The notes below the pieces were generated by a model. The model was not told where the DNA came from and did not search any database. It was given only the letters and a program-made list of their open reading frames with translations. From assembly GCA_947495685.1 (NCBI GenBank), contig CANLZY010000018.1, forward strand, positions 3,244-67,243: DNA of 64,000 bases, in the 5' to 3' direction. The stretch comes from an uncultured Tropicimonas sp. GTDB lineage: Bacteria; Pseudomonadota; Alphaproteobacteria; Rhodobacterales; Rhodobacteraceae. Made by a program: the position numbers and the translations under genes. This document shows, piece by piece, positions 38,911 through 48,880 of the stretch. Positions within the stretch are counted from its first letter, which is position 1. The number at the start of each line of letters is the position of its first letter.

Positions 38911-39567
38911 ATGCTGATTGACGCCCAAGGCCTGCGAAAGAGCTATCCCACCGAAGACGGTCTGCAACCGGTTCTGCACGACGTCTCGCTGACGCTTGCC
39001 GCAGGTGAAACACTTGCACTGACGGGTGAAAGCGGCAGCGGAAAGAGCACGTTGCTGCATCTGGTTGCCGCCCTCGACCAGCCCGACGCGGGGCAAATTC
39101 TTCTGGATGGGCGCGATGTCACCAATCTGGACGATGCCGGTCGCGCCCGGGTTCGGCGCACCGATATCGGGCTGGTGTTCCAACAGTTCAACCTGATCCC
39201 GTCGTTGAGCGTCGCCGACAACCTGTCGTTTCAGGCCCGGTTGGCCGACCGCTTTGACCCCGCGTGGTGTACGACCCTGACCGAGCGGTTGGGGCTGAGC
39301 GAAATCGCAGACCGCTACCCCGAACAATTGTCCGGCGGGCAACAACAGCGCGTGGCCATTGGCCGGGCCCTGGCACCACGGCCCCGGGTTCTGCTGGCAG
39401 ACGAGCCGACCGGAAACCTGGACGAGACCACGGCCGATACGGTGGTCGGACTGATCCTGGAGCTTGTGGCTCAAACCGGGGCCGGATTGCTGATGGTCAC
39501 CCACTCCACCCGGCTGGCAGGCCGCTTGCAACGACGCGCGCACCTGCGGCAGGGACGGTTGGGATGA
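38911..39567 (+). CDS. ABC transporter ATP-binding protein (YbbA/LolD-like)
   Basis: Walker [10 protein letters not shown], signature LSGGQQQR and Walker B LLADEPT. Confidence 0.92.
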   Translation: MLIDAQGLRKSYPTEDGLQPVLHDVSLTLAAGETLALTGESGSGKSTLLHLVAALDQPDAGQILLDGRDVTNLDDAGRARVRRTDIGLVFQQFNLIPSLSVADNLSFQARLADRFDPAWCTTLTERLGLSEIADRYPEQLSGGQQQRVAIGRALAPRPRVLLADEPTGNLDETTADTVVGLILELVAQTGAGLLMVTHSTRLAGRLQRRAHLRQGRLG

Positions 39568-41972
39568 GGCGCGCCGCCATCGCGACGCTGCTGTCGCACT
39601 GGCGCCGGCAACCGCTGCAATTGTTCACGCTGATCGCCGGACTGGCACTGGCAACCGCCCTGTGGTCAGCGGTTCAGGCTATAAATTCCGAGGCCCGCAG
39701 CAGCTATTCCAACGCCGCTGGCTCCTTGGGTCTGGGCGGGTACGAGAGCCTGACGGATCCGGCAGGCCCCATGTCGCTCGACACCTATGCCGCTCTCAGG
39801 CGCGCAGGCTGGCTGGTCTCGCCGGTGATCGAGGGCCGCACGGTGCGGGGCGACCTGCGGCTGCGCGTCATCGGGCTGGACCTGCTGACCGCCCCGGCCG
39901 ACGTGCGCCCGCAAGATCAGGGTCTGGGACAAGCCATTGGCCCGGTGGACCTGTTCACCGCGCCGGGAGTCGGTTTCGTGGCGTCATCGACCCAGCGCCA
40001 ACTGGACGGTGCGCCGGATCTGCCCCGCCTCATTGCCGACCCCGGTGTGCCACCGGACCAGATGCTGACCGACATCAGCGTGGCTGATACATTGTTGCAA
40101 CGAGGCGGCAGGATCGATCGACTGCTGGTCCTGCCCGGTCAGCCCGACCACCGCACCCCGTTGGATCAGGTCGCCCCTGGCCTGACCCTGTCGCCAGCGC
40201 AGGATCAGGGCGACCTGTCACGCCTGACCGACAGTTTTCACCTGAACCTGACCGCCTTCGGGCTGCTCAGTTTCGCGGTCGGCCTGTTTATCGTGCACGG
40301 GGCCATCGGGTTGGCATTCGAGCAGCGGCGACCGATGTTTCGCACCCTGCGCGCCCTCGGGCTGCCGGCGCGGGACCTGCTGTGGCTGCTGCTGGTCGAA
40401 TTGCTGGTGTTGGCCGTGCTGGCCGGCGTGATCGGCATCGCCCTCGGGTATATCATCGCCGGCGCGCTGCTGCCGGATGTCGCCTCGACCCTGCGCGGGC
40501 TTTATGGCGCCAGCGTGCCGGGCACACTCAGCTTTGACCCCGCCTGGGCACTCGCCGGCTTGGGGATTGCCGTTCTCGGCGCGCTCGCGGCGGCGGCCAA
40601 CGGGCTGAACATGGTTCGACGCATGCCGCTTCTGGCCAGTGCCCACCCCCGCGCCTGGGCCACGGTGTCGGAGCGTGCGCTGCGGCGGCAAGCCATCGCC
40701 GGAATGGCATTGCTGGGGGCGGGTATCGTCATGGCCATCCTGGCCGACGGGCTGATCGCCGGCTTCGCGTTGCTGGGCGGCCTGCTGCTCGGATCAGCGC
40801 TGATCCTGCCGAGCGTCCTGTCCGTGGCCTTGCGGCTTGGTGCCGCCTGCGCTCGCGGTCCGGTCTGGCAATGGTTCTGGGCGGACACCCGTCAGCAGCT
40901 TCCCGGCCTCTCTCTCGCCTTGATGGCGTTGCTGCTGGCACTGGCGACCAACGTCGGCGTCTCGACCATGGTGTCATCCTTCCGGCTGACATTCACCGGC
41001 TGGCTCGACCAGCGCCTGGTATCGGAACTCTACGTCACCGCCCGCAGCGAGGCAGACGGCGAGGCCCTGCGCGCCTGGCTCGCCCCCCGGGCCGAGGCCA
41101 TTCTGCCGATCTGGAAGGCCGACATCCCGCTGGCCGACCGCCCGGGCGAGGTCTACGGCATCGTCGACAACCGGGTGTACCGGAACCACTGGCCCCTGCT
41201 GGCCGCCACATCGCAAACCTGGGAACAGATCACCTCGGGCGCCGGGGTGCTGGTCAACGAGCAACTGGCCCGCCGCGAGCGGCTGACCCTCGGGGACCCG
41301 TTTGTCCTGGGGCCGGGCTGGACGATGCCCATCAGCGGCATCTATTCCGACTATGGCAATCCCGCCGGGCAGGCGATCGTCAGCCTCGACACCCTGTTGC
41401 AATACCACCCCGAGGTACCCCGCCTCCGCCACGGCGTGCTGACCGACGACCCCAAGGCACTCGCCACCGCGCTGCGCGACGACTACGGCCTGCCCGAAGC
41501 GAACCTGGTCGACCAGACCAGCCTCAAGGCGTTCTCGCTGCAGATCTTCGAACGGACCTTTACCGTGACGGGTGCCCTCAACGTCCTGACCCTGTCGGTG
41601 GCCGGCTTTGCCATCCTGACCGCATTGCTGACCCTGTCGACGATGCGGTTGCCGCAACTGGCCCCGGTCTGGGCGCTCGGGCTGACCCGCCGCCGGTTGG
41701 CCCGGCTGGAGATCCTGCGCAGCCTCGCGTTGGCCGCGCTGACCTTCGCGCTGGCGCTTCCGGTTGGCCTGGCGTTGGCCTGGTGCCTGCTGGCCGTCGT
41801 CAACGTCGAGGCGTTTGGCTGGCGCCTGCCGATGTTCCTGTTCCCGCGTCAATGGATCTGGCTGTTTGCCATGGCCATGTGTGCCGCCGCCATCGCCGCC
41901 ATTCTGCCGGTCCGTCGCCTGTCGCGTACAGCCCCGTCGCAATTCCTCAAGGTCTTTGCCGATGAACGCTAA
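39564..41972 (+). CDS. FtsX-family ABC transporter permease (YbbP-like, double FtsX module)
   Basis: ATG 39564 overlaps the upstream stop (ATGA). 802 aa with two FtsX-type 4-helix bundles separated by large periplasmic regions. The track start at 39264 lies inside the ATPase gene. Confidence 0.88.
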   Translation: MRRAAIATLLSHWRRQPLQLFTLIAGLALATALWSAVQAINSEARSSYSNAAGSLGLGGYESLTDPAGPMSLDTYAALRRAGWLVSPVIEGRTVRGDLRLRVIGLDLLTAPADVRPQDQGLGQAIGPVDLFTAPGVGFVASSTQRQLDGAPDLPRLIADPGVPPDQMLTDISVADTLLQRGGRIDRLLVLPGQPDHRTPLDQVAPGLTLSPAQDQGDLSRLTDSFHLNLTAFGLLSFAVGLFIVHGAIGLAFEQRRPMFRTLRALGLPARDLLWLLLVELLVLAVLAGVIGIALGYIIAGALLPDVASTLRGLYGASVPGTLSFDPAWALAGLGIAVLGALAAAANGLNMVRRMPLLASAHPRAWATVSERALRRQAIAGMALLGAGIVMAILADGLIAGFALLGGLLLGSALILPSVLSVALRLGAACARGPVWQWFWADTRQQLPGLSLALMALLLALATNVGVSTMVSSFRLTFTGWLDQRLVSELYVTARSEADGEALRAWLAPRAEAILPIWKADIPLADRPGEVYGIVDNRVYRNHWPLLAATSQTWEQITSGAGVLVNEQLARRERLTLGDPFVLGPGWTMPISGIYSDYGNPAGQAIVSLDTLLQYHPEVPRLRHGVLTDDPKALATALRDDYGLPEANLVDQTSLKAFSLQIFERTFTVTGALNVLTLSVAGFAILTALLTLSTMRLPQLAPVWALGLTRRRLARLEILRSLALAALTFALALPVGLALAWCLLAVVNVEAFGWRLPMFLFPRQWIWLFAMAMCAAAIAAILPVRRLSRTAPSQFLKVFADER

Positions 41973-43044
41973 GCTTCCCGCCCTCCTCGGACTCCTCGCC
42001 GGCCTGGGCCTGCCCTTGCCATTGCACGCCCAAGGCTTTGCCGGTCTGGGCACCCAGGCCGACGGCTTTGCCATCCCCGATCCGTCAAGGCCCCCGTCCT
42101 TTCCGGCAGATCACGGCCCGCACCCCGATTTCCGGATCGAATGGTGGTATGTGACCGCAAACCTGACCGGCACCGACGGCACCGATTATGGCGTGCAATG
42201 GACCCTGTTCCGGTCGGCCCTGGCCCCCTCCATCGGCACAGATACCGGGTGGCAGACTCCACAGATCTGGATGGGACATGCAGGCCTGACCACGCCCGAC
42301 ACACATCACTCAGCCGAACGGCTGGCGCGCGGTGGCGTCGGACAGGCCGGGGTCACGACTGCGCCCTTCCTGGCGTGGATCGACGACTGGCAAATGCGCG
42401 CGACCGAAGGGGAAGACGATCCGCTGGACCACCTCTCCCTCTCTGCAACCGCCGACGATTTCGGCTTCGATCTGGACCTGACCGCATCCGGGCCGACGGT
42501 GCTGCAGGGCCAACAGGGGTATTCGGTGAAATCCCCCGCCGGTCAGGCAAGCTACTACTATTCTCAGCCGTTCTACCGCGTCACCGGCACGCTCGACCTG
42601 CCAACCGGCCCGGAACCTGTCAGCGGTCTGGCCTGGCTCGACCGTGAATGGTCTTCACAGCCGCTGTCCGACACCCAGGACGGATGGGACTGGATCTCGC
42701 TGCACTTCGAAACCGGGGAAAAATTGATGGGCTTTCGCCTGCGCGACCGCGCTGACGATCCCTTTACCTCCGCCACCTGGATTGCGCCCGACGGCACGCC
42801 AACCCCCTATGGCGACGGCTCCCTTGTCATCACCCCGGTCACTCACACCGACGTGAACGGCGCCTCCATTCCAACCGACTGGATGATCGCCCTGCCCGAT
42901 CGCGGCCTCTCGGCCCGCATCACGGCGGTCAACCCACAAAGCTGGATGGACACGTCCTTCCCCTATTGGGAGGGCCCGGTCCGTATCACCGGTAGCCACA
43001 CCGGGCGTGGCTATCTTGAAATGACCGGCTACGACGCGCCCTGA
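41962..43044 (+). CDS. AttH-like lipocalin / CrtC (hydroxyneurosporene synthase) family secreted protein
   Basis: Signal peptide MNAKLPALLGLLAGLGLPLPLHA, then HGPHPDFRIEWWYVTANLTG. ATG 41962 overlaps the end of the permease gene. Confidence 0.8.
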   Translation: MNAKLPALLGLLAGLGLPLPLHAQGFAGLGTQADGFAIPDPSRPPSFPADHGPHPDFRIEWWYVTANLTGTDGTDYGVQWTLFRSALAPSIGTDTGWQTPQIWMGHAGLTTPDTHHSAERLARGGVGQAGVTTAPFLAWIDDWQMRATEGEDDPLDHLSLSATADDFGFDLDLTASGPTVLQGQQGYSVKSPAGQASYYYSQPFYRVTGTLDLPTGPEPVSGLAWLDREWSSQPLSDTQDGWDWISLHFETGEKLMGFRLRDRADDPFTSATWIAPDGTPTPYGDGSLVITPVTHTDVNGASIPTDWMIALPDRGLSARITAVNPQSWMDTSFPYWEGPVRITGSHTGRGYLEMTGYDAP

Positions 43045-43216
43045 CGCCACCCCTTTTTCCGCCTCGTAATTTCCTCGGGGGGCCGGGAGCAAACAGCCCT
43101 CAGACGCGGCCCCCGCTCAAACGACCGCACCTGTCGGGACGCCCATTTCGGCAACCGGCCTTTTCCTCGTCGCGTCCTTTCGTTACAGGAGGCTCGACCC
43201 TGCGAGGACCAGTATC

Positions 43217-46177
43217 ATGCCGATGGAAAAGACATTCGACGCCGCTCAAGCCGAATCCCGCATCTACGACGCCTGGGAAAGCTCCGGTGCCTTCAAGGCC
43301 GGTGCCAATGCCAGCCGTGACGACGCCTTCACCATCATGATCCCACCGCCCAACGTGACGGGCAGCCTGCACATGGGGCATGCCTTCAACAACACGTTGC
43401 AGGATATCCTGATCCGCTGGCACCGGATGCGCGGTTTCGACACGCTCTGGCAGCCCGGGCAGGATCACGCCGGAATTGCCACCCAGATGGTGGTCGAACG
43501 CAAACTGGCCGCAGATCAGCAACCGTCGCGCCGCGAACTGGGCCGCGAGAAGTTCCTGGCAAAGGTCTGGGAATGGAAGGGCGAATCCGGCGACACCATC
43601 ATCAACCAGCTCAAGCGCCTTGGTGCCTCCTGCGACTGGTCGCGAAACGCCTTCACCATGGCCGGTGCCCCAGGAGATCCGCGGACCGGGCACGAAAACT
43701 CCGCCGATTTCCACGAGGCCGTGATCAAGGTCTTTGTCGACATGTACGACAAGGGCCTGATCTATCGCGGCAAGCGTCTGGTCAACTGGGATGCACATTT
43801 CGAGACCGCGATCTCGGACCTCGAGGTCGAACAGGTCGAGGTCAACGGTAACATGTGGCGCCTGCGCTACCCGCTGGAGGGTGGCGAGACCTACGAACAT
43901 GTCGAGAAAGACGAGGACGGCAACGAGACCCTGCGCGAGACGCGCGATTACCTCGTCGTCGCCACGACGCGCCCCGAAACGATGCTGGGCGACACCGGTG
44001 TCGCCGTCCACCCCGAAGACGAGCGCTACACGGGCCTGCTGGAACGCGGCGCACGGGTCAAGCTGCCGCTCACCGGGCGCTCGATCCCGGTGGTTGCCGA
44101 TGAATATGCCGACCCGACCAAGGGCACTGGCGCGGTCAAGATCACGCCCGCCCACGATTTCAATGACTGGGAGGTCGGCAAACGCACCGATCTGCGTGTC
44201 ATCAACGTGCTGACGACCACGGCAACGATGTTCCTGAAAGGCAATGCCGATTTTGCCGAAGACTGCGATCATCATCTGCTCGAGCACACGACGGAAACGC
44301 TGGATGGTCTGGATCGCTACGAGGCCCGAAAGGTTATCGTGGCCGAGGCAGAGGAACATGGCTGGCTGGACGGGATCGACCCCGACCGTCACATGGTTCC
44401 GCATGGTGATCGCTCGAAGACCGTGATCGAACCCTATCTGACCGACCAATGGTTCGTCGACACCGACAAGATCGTCGGCCCGGCGCTTGAGGCCGTGCGC
44501 GACGGCACCGTGAAGATCATCCCCGAGAGCGGCGAGAAAACCTATTACCATTGGCTTGAAAACATCGAGCCCTGGTGCATCTCGCGCCAACTCTGGTGGG
44601 GCCACCAGGTGCCCGTCTGGTACGCGCCCGCGCTGTTCGACCATGGCGACGAAGAGCCGGAGGCCGTCTGGCGCCCCTTCTGTGCCGCCACCCAGGAAGA
44701 AGCGCTGCAAAAGATGTCGGACTATTATGGACACAGCGATTTCAAGCTGGTCACGGAACGGTCCGAAGCCGAGCAGATGCTGCGCGCCGCCGTTGGCCGA
44801 ACCCGCACCGAAGGCCGCATCCGCTCGCCGCAGGAGCCCTCGGCCCTGCCGTTCTACCGCGACCCTGACGTGCTCGACACCTGGTTCTCCTCCGGCCTCT
44901 GGCCGATCGGTACGCTGGGCTGGCCCGAGCACACCGAGGAGGTCGAGAAGTACTTTCCCACTGACGTGCTGATCACCGGGCAGGACATCCTGTTCTTCTG
45001 GGTGGCGCGGATGATGATGATGCAGTTGGCCGTGGTGGACCAGATCCCGTTCCACACCGTCTATCTGCATGGCCTCGTGCGCGACGCCAAGGGCAAGAAG
45101 ATGTCCAAGTCGACCGGCAACGTGATCGATCCGCTGGAGATCATCGACGAATACGGCGCCGACGCGCTGCGCTTCACCAATGCTGCAATGGCGAGCCTCG
45201 GCGGCGTGCTGAAGCTCGACATGCAACGCATCGCCGGCTACCGGAACTTTGGCACCAAGCTGTGGAATGCTGCCCGCTTTGCCGAAATGAATGGCGTGTT
45301 CGACCCGTCTGTCGCCCCCATCGACCCCGCGTCCAAACCTGCAGCTACGGTCAATCGCTGGATCATCGGTGAAACCGCCAAGGTGCGCGAGGATGTCGAC
45401 AAGGCGCTCGACGCCTATCTCTTCAACGAGGCTGCCAACGCGCTCTATGCCTTTGTGTGGGGCAAGGTCTGCGACTGGTATGTCGAATTCGCCAAGCCGA
45501 TGTTGCAGGGGGACGACGAAGCCCTGCAGGCAGAAACCCGCGCCACGATGCGATGGGTGCTGGAGCAGTGCTTTACCCTGTTGCACCCGATCATGCCCTA
45601 TATCACCGAGGAGCTGTGGCAGACCCTTGGCGAGCATCCCAAGATGCTGGTGCACGCCGATTGGCCGACCTACACCGCCGCCGACCTCGTCGACCCAGCC
45701 GCCGATGCGGAGATGAACTGGGTGATCACCCTGATCGACGGTGTTCGCTCGGCCCGCGCGCAGGTGCGTGTCCCGGCTGGCCTCAAGGTGCCAATGGTGC
45801 ATACCGGGTTGAACGCTTCGGCGCAGGCCGCGTGGGACAACAACACGGCACTGATCATGCGGATCGCCCGGATCGACAGCCTGGCCGGGTTCGACGACAT
45901 GCCCAAGGGGTGCATCACGGTGCCCGTGCCCGGCGCGACCTTTGGATTGCCGGTTGCCGATATCATCGACGTATCGGAGGAAAAGACCCGGCTCGACAAG
46001 AGCATTGCCAAGCTCGACAAGGAAATCGGCGGAATGGCAAAGCGGCTCGACAATCCCAAATTCGTCTCCTCCGCACCAGCAGAGGTCGTCGAAGAACTGC
46101 GCGACAACCTAGCGGAACGCACGTCGGAGCAGGATCGGCTGAAGGATGCGCTGCAACGATTGGCCGAGCTGGACTGA
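43217..46177 (+). CDS. valS: Valine--tRNA ligase
   Basis: [16 protein letters not shown] (HIGH), KMSKS and a C-terminal coiled-coil. 986 aa. Confidence 0.98.
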   Translation: MPMEKTFDAAQAESRIYDAWESSGAFKAGANASRDDAFTIMIPPPNVTGSLHMGHAFNNTLQDILIRWHRMRGFDTLWQPGQDHAGIATQMVVERKLAADQQPSRRELGREKFLAKVWEWKGESGDTIINQLKRLGASCDWSRNAFTMAGAPGDPRTGHENSADFHEAVIKVFVDMYDKGLIYRGKRLVNWDAHFETAISDLEVEQVEVNGNMWRLRYPLEGGETYEHVEKDEDGNETLRETRDYLVVATTRPETMLGDTGVAVHPEDERYTGLLERGARVKLPLTGRSIPVVADEYADPTKGTGAVKITPAHDFNDWEVGKRTDLRVINVLTTTATMFLKGNADFAEDCDHHLLEHTTETLDGLDRYEARKVIVAEAEEHGWLDGIDPDRHMVPHGDRSKTVIEPYLTDQWFVDTDKIVGPALEAVRDGTVKIIPESGEKTYYHWLENIEPWCISRQLWWGHQVPVWYAPALFDHGDEEPEAVWRPFCAATQEEALQKMSDYYGHSDFKLVTERSEAEQMLRAAVGRTRTEGRIRSPQEPSALPFYRDPDVLDTWFSSGLWPIGTLGWPEHTEEVEKYFPTDVLITGQDILFFWVARMMMMQLAVVDQIPFHTVYLHGLVRDAKGKKMSKSTGNVIDPLEIIDEYGADALRFTNAAMASLGGVLKLDMQRIAGYRNFGTKLWNAARFAEMNGVFDPSVAPIDPASKPAATVNRWIIGETAKVREDVDKALDAYLFNEAANALYAFVWGKVCDWYVEFAKPMLQGDDEALQAETRATMRWVLEQCFTLLHPIMPYITEELWQTLGEHPKMLVHADWPTYTAADLVDPAADAEMNWVITLIDGVRSARAQVRVPAGLKVPMVHTGLNASAQAAWDNNTALIMRIARIDSLAGFDDMPKGCITVPVPGATFGLPVADIIDVSEEKTRLDKSIAKLDKEIGGMAKRLDNPKFVSSAPAEVVEELRDNLAERTSEQDRLKDALQRLAELD

Positions 46178-46281
46178 TCCCGGGCGAGTTTTCTTGCCGG
46201 ATCCGTGAAGCCGGCAAAAAAGCCTTTCCTGTTGGCAGCTTGATGTCTAGCGTGACGCTATTCACCTGCAGGGGGGCCCAG

Positions 46282-47742
46282 ATGCTTCGACTTTTTTGGT
46301 GTTGCTCGGTTGCCGCATTATGCGTGTTTTCGACCAGTGACGTATCAGCTCAAACCGCCGACGCGGCAAGCACGGAGGCACCAGCAACAGATTCCGCGAC
46401 GGAGACCGTTGCCGATGATGCCCTCGCCGACGGCCTGTTGACGGCTGCTGAATTGCAGACCCTTGTCTCGCCAGTTGCATTGTATCCGGATACGCTTTTG
46501 ATCCAGGTGCTGGTCGCCGCAACCGCGCCGCTCGACGTGATCAAGGCCGACAGGCTGGTGCAGTCAAACGAAGGCGCCGACATCCGGCCGCTGCTGGATG
46601 CGGAAGAGTTCGACGCCAGCGTGTCCGTTCTGGCCGAGGCCTTCCCGGATGTCCTGAGCAACATGGCCGAGCACATTGAATGGACCGAGACGGTCGGCAT
46701 GGCGATGCTGGCGCAGGATCAGGACGTGATGGATGCCGTGCAGGTGATGCGGCAACAGGCGATCAACTCCGGTGCTCTGATCGACTCTCCCGAACAGGAC
46801 GTCACGGTCGAAGAGACCTTGTCGACCAAGGGAACCCCCACGGAAACCGTGGTGATCCAGCCGGCGGACCCCGAAGTGGTCTACGTTCCGCAGTATGATT
46901 ACCAGACCGTCTATGAGCCCAATTCGACCTCTGTCGGGGATGTCGTGGCGACCACGGCAATTGCCTTTGGTACAGCGGCGCTCATCAACGAGATCTTCGA
47001 CGACGATGACGATTGGAACGACTACTGGGGCTGCCGCAACTGCGGCGGTTGGGGTGGTGGCCCGATCATCAACGACCCGCATGTGGACATCGACATCGAC
47101 AACGATGTCAATATCGGCAACGGCAACATCGGAAACGGGAACCGTCCGGGCAAACCCGGCGACGGCAACCGCCCAGGAAAACCGGGTGACGGGAACCGCC
47201 CCGGAAAGCCGGGCGACAAGGACCGGCCTGAAACCCTCCCGGGAAAGGGCGGCTGGGAACCCAAGCCTGAACAACGCAAGGAAGCCCAGAACAAGATCGC
47301 CAACAAGAAGGGCGAAAACGGCGCCACGACGATGCCGATCAAGCGTCCGCCCAACAAATCGGACGAACTGCGCAAGAACCTCGCCAAGGAAACCGGTGCA
47401 CGGGATATCAGTGGTGACGGGGTGGCAGCCGGCGCCGCCCTGGGAGCAGGCGCGGCGGTCGGGGCGAACCAGTTGTCCAAGGCCTCCAAGAAAGACGCGT
47501 TGAAAAAGAAGGGGAACAGCGGAAAGCCCGTGACCCGGCCCGCAAACGCCAAGAAGCCGTCTGCCAAGAAACCCGCGGCGAAGAAGCCAGCCGCTGCCAA
47601 GAAACCAACGGCCAAGAAGAAGACGACAACCGCGAAGAAGAAGCCTGCGATTTCCAAGAAGACCGGCGGAAAGAAGACCAAGGCGGCTTCGAAACGCGGA
47701 AAGTCCTCAAAGAAGCACTCCGGCAAGAAGAAGAAGAGGTAG
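46282..47742 (+). CDS. DUF3300-family secreted protein with a low-complexity, lysine-rich C-terminus
   Basis: Signal peptide MLRLFWCCSVAALCVFSTSDVSA. LQTLVSPVALYPDTLLIQVLVAATAPLDV is the DUF3300 signature. ATG 46243 is the alternative start. The track start at 45457 overlaps valS in another frame. Confidence 0.8.
   Translation: MLRLFWCCSVAALCVFSTSDVSAQTADAASTEAPATDSATETVADDALADGLLTAAELQTLVSPVALYPDTLLIQVLVAATAPLDVIKADRLVQSNEGADIRPLLDAEEFDASVSVLAEAFPDVLSNMAEHIEWTETVGMAMLAQDQDVMDAVQVMRQQAINSGALIDSPEQDVTVEETLSTKGTPTETVVIQPADPEVVYVPQYDYQTVYEPNSTSVGDVVATTAIAFGTAALINEIFDDDDDWNDYWGCRNCGGWGGGPIINDPHVDIDIDNDVNIGNGNIGNGNRPGKPGDGNRPGKPGDGNRPGKPGDKDRPETLPGKGGWEPKPEQRKEAQNKIANKKGENGATTMPIKRPPNKSDELRKNLAKETGARDISGDGVAAGAALGAGAAVGANQLSKASKKDALKKKGNSGKPVTRPANAKKPSAKKPAAKKPAAAKKPTAKKKTTTAKKKPAISKKTGGKKTKAASKRGKSSKKHSGKKKKR
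47137..47217 (+). repeat. 3 x 27-nt in-frame tandem repeat encoding GNRPGKPGD
   Basis: The three units differ only at synonymous positions (ggg aac cgt ccg ggc aaa ccc ggc gac / ggc aac cgc cca gga aaa ccg ggt gac / ggg aac cgc ccc gga aag ccg ggc gac). Confidence 0.9.
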
Positions 47743-47746
47743 CAGG

Positions 47747-48652
47747 ATGATCTTTTCACGTTCCCTGTCGTGGATCCTCGCCGGCCTGGTGCTGGGCGCG
47801 ACCCCATTGGTGGCCCAGACGGCTACCGTTCATGCAACCCCACAGGACGCGCTGGAGGCGCTGGTCGGCGCCTTGAAGATCGGAACAATCGAAGCCGCGC
47901 TTGAGGCAATCGATCCCGGTGCCACGGATCTGATCCAGGCACACGATGATGAAACCCGTCTTGAGGCCTGGAACGAACTGTTGGACCTGTACAACGAAGG
48001 CTACCGGTTTGTGCCGACCGAAGGCGGCGTCACGATCGAGTTCGGGGCTGACGACTGGCCGTTTCCGATTTCCCTTGTCAAAAACGGCTCCGGTGGTTGG
48101 ATATTCGACATCGAGGCCGCCCACGAGGAGCTTTCCGACCGCCAGATCGGTGAAAACGAACTGGGCGTCATCGAGATCATGGAGGCCTATGTCGAGGTGC
48201 AGGCCGAGTTCCGGACGGTCGACCATGACGGCGATGGCGTGCTGGAGTTTGCGGCCCATGTGATCTCCAGTGCCGAAGACCGGGACGGTCTCTATTGGCC
48301 CGGCGACGACAGCCCGACCGGCGACCTAGTCGCCCGTTCCAGCCTGGATGGCTATTCCGAGGACGGGATCGATGTCGAACCCGATCCCTATCTTGGATAT
48401 TTCATCCGGGTTCTGAACAGCCAGGGACCGGACGCCCCGGGTGGGGAAATGTCCTACCTGGTCAATGGTCACCAGTTGGCAGGCCACGCGCTGTTGGCGG
48501 TGCCCGCCGAATATGGCGTCACTGGCATAAACAGCTTCATGGTTGCCGAGAACGGGATCGTCCTGGAGGCGGATCTGGGCGAGGACAGCCTCGAGACGGC
48601 CCTGGACATGACCATCTACAACCCCGACGACGCCTGGTTGCCGGTGGAGTAA
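47747..48652 (+). CDS. DUF2950-family secreted protein
   Basis: Signal peptide. YLGYFIRVLNSQGPDAPGGEMSYLVNGHQLAGHALLAVPAEYGVTGINSFMVAENGIVLEADLG matches the DUF2950 core. It starts 5 nt after the DUF3300 gene. Confidence 0.8.
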   Translation: MIFSRSLSWILAGLVLGATPLVAQTATVHATPQDALEALVGALKIGTIEAALEAIDPGATDLIQAHDDETRLEAWNELLDLYNEGYRFVPTEGGVTIEFGADDWPFPISLVKNGSGGWIFDIEAAHEELSDRQIGENELGVIEIMEAYVEVQAEFRTVDHDGDGVLEFAAHVISSAEDRDGLYWPGDDSPTGDLVARSSLDGYSEDGIDVEPDPYLGYFIRVLNSQGPDAPGGEMSYLVNGHQLAGHALLAVPAEYGVTGINSFMVAENGIVLEADLGEDSLETALDMTIYNPDDAWLPVE

Positions 48653-48880
48653 GGCCCACCAGGGTTGGCATAGGCCGTTAGAGTCCAGGAAAACACCCAA
48701 CGGCCGCTGATGGAGACATCGGCGGCCGTTCTTCGTGCCAGTTCACCGTCAGCGGGCATGGCCCCCGCACACCGCCTCCCCTCCCCATTGACAAAACCGT
48801 GAACCGGGCGCAAAAACCGCCCGCACATATATCCTGCAACCGGGCGTTCCGTGGGCGCCAAACCGACGAGGAGAGCCGAC

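Noticed and set aside
39264-39563. 5' extension of the permease ORF
   Set aside because: It lies inside the ABC ATPase gene in another frame. ATG 39564 forms an ATGA overlap with the ATPase stop.
40974-42074. 366-aa minus-strand ORF (and the 40871..41965 plus-frame ORF)
   Set aside because: One is antisense to the FtsX permease gene and the other is an alternative frame of it. Both are Arg/Pro/Gly-rich.
43100-45802. 900-aa minus-strand ORF
   Set aside because: It is entirely antisense to valS, which has HIGH and KMSKS motifs. The sequence is low-complexity and Gly/Arg/Val/Asp-rich.
45457-46281. 5' extension of the DUF3300 ORF (the track ORF starts at 45457)
   Set aside because: The extension overlaps valS in another frame and is Arg/Gly/Pro-rich. 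A clean signal peptide begins at ATG 46282, after the valS stop.
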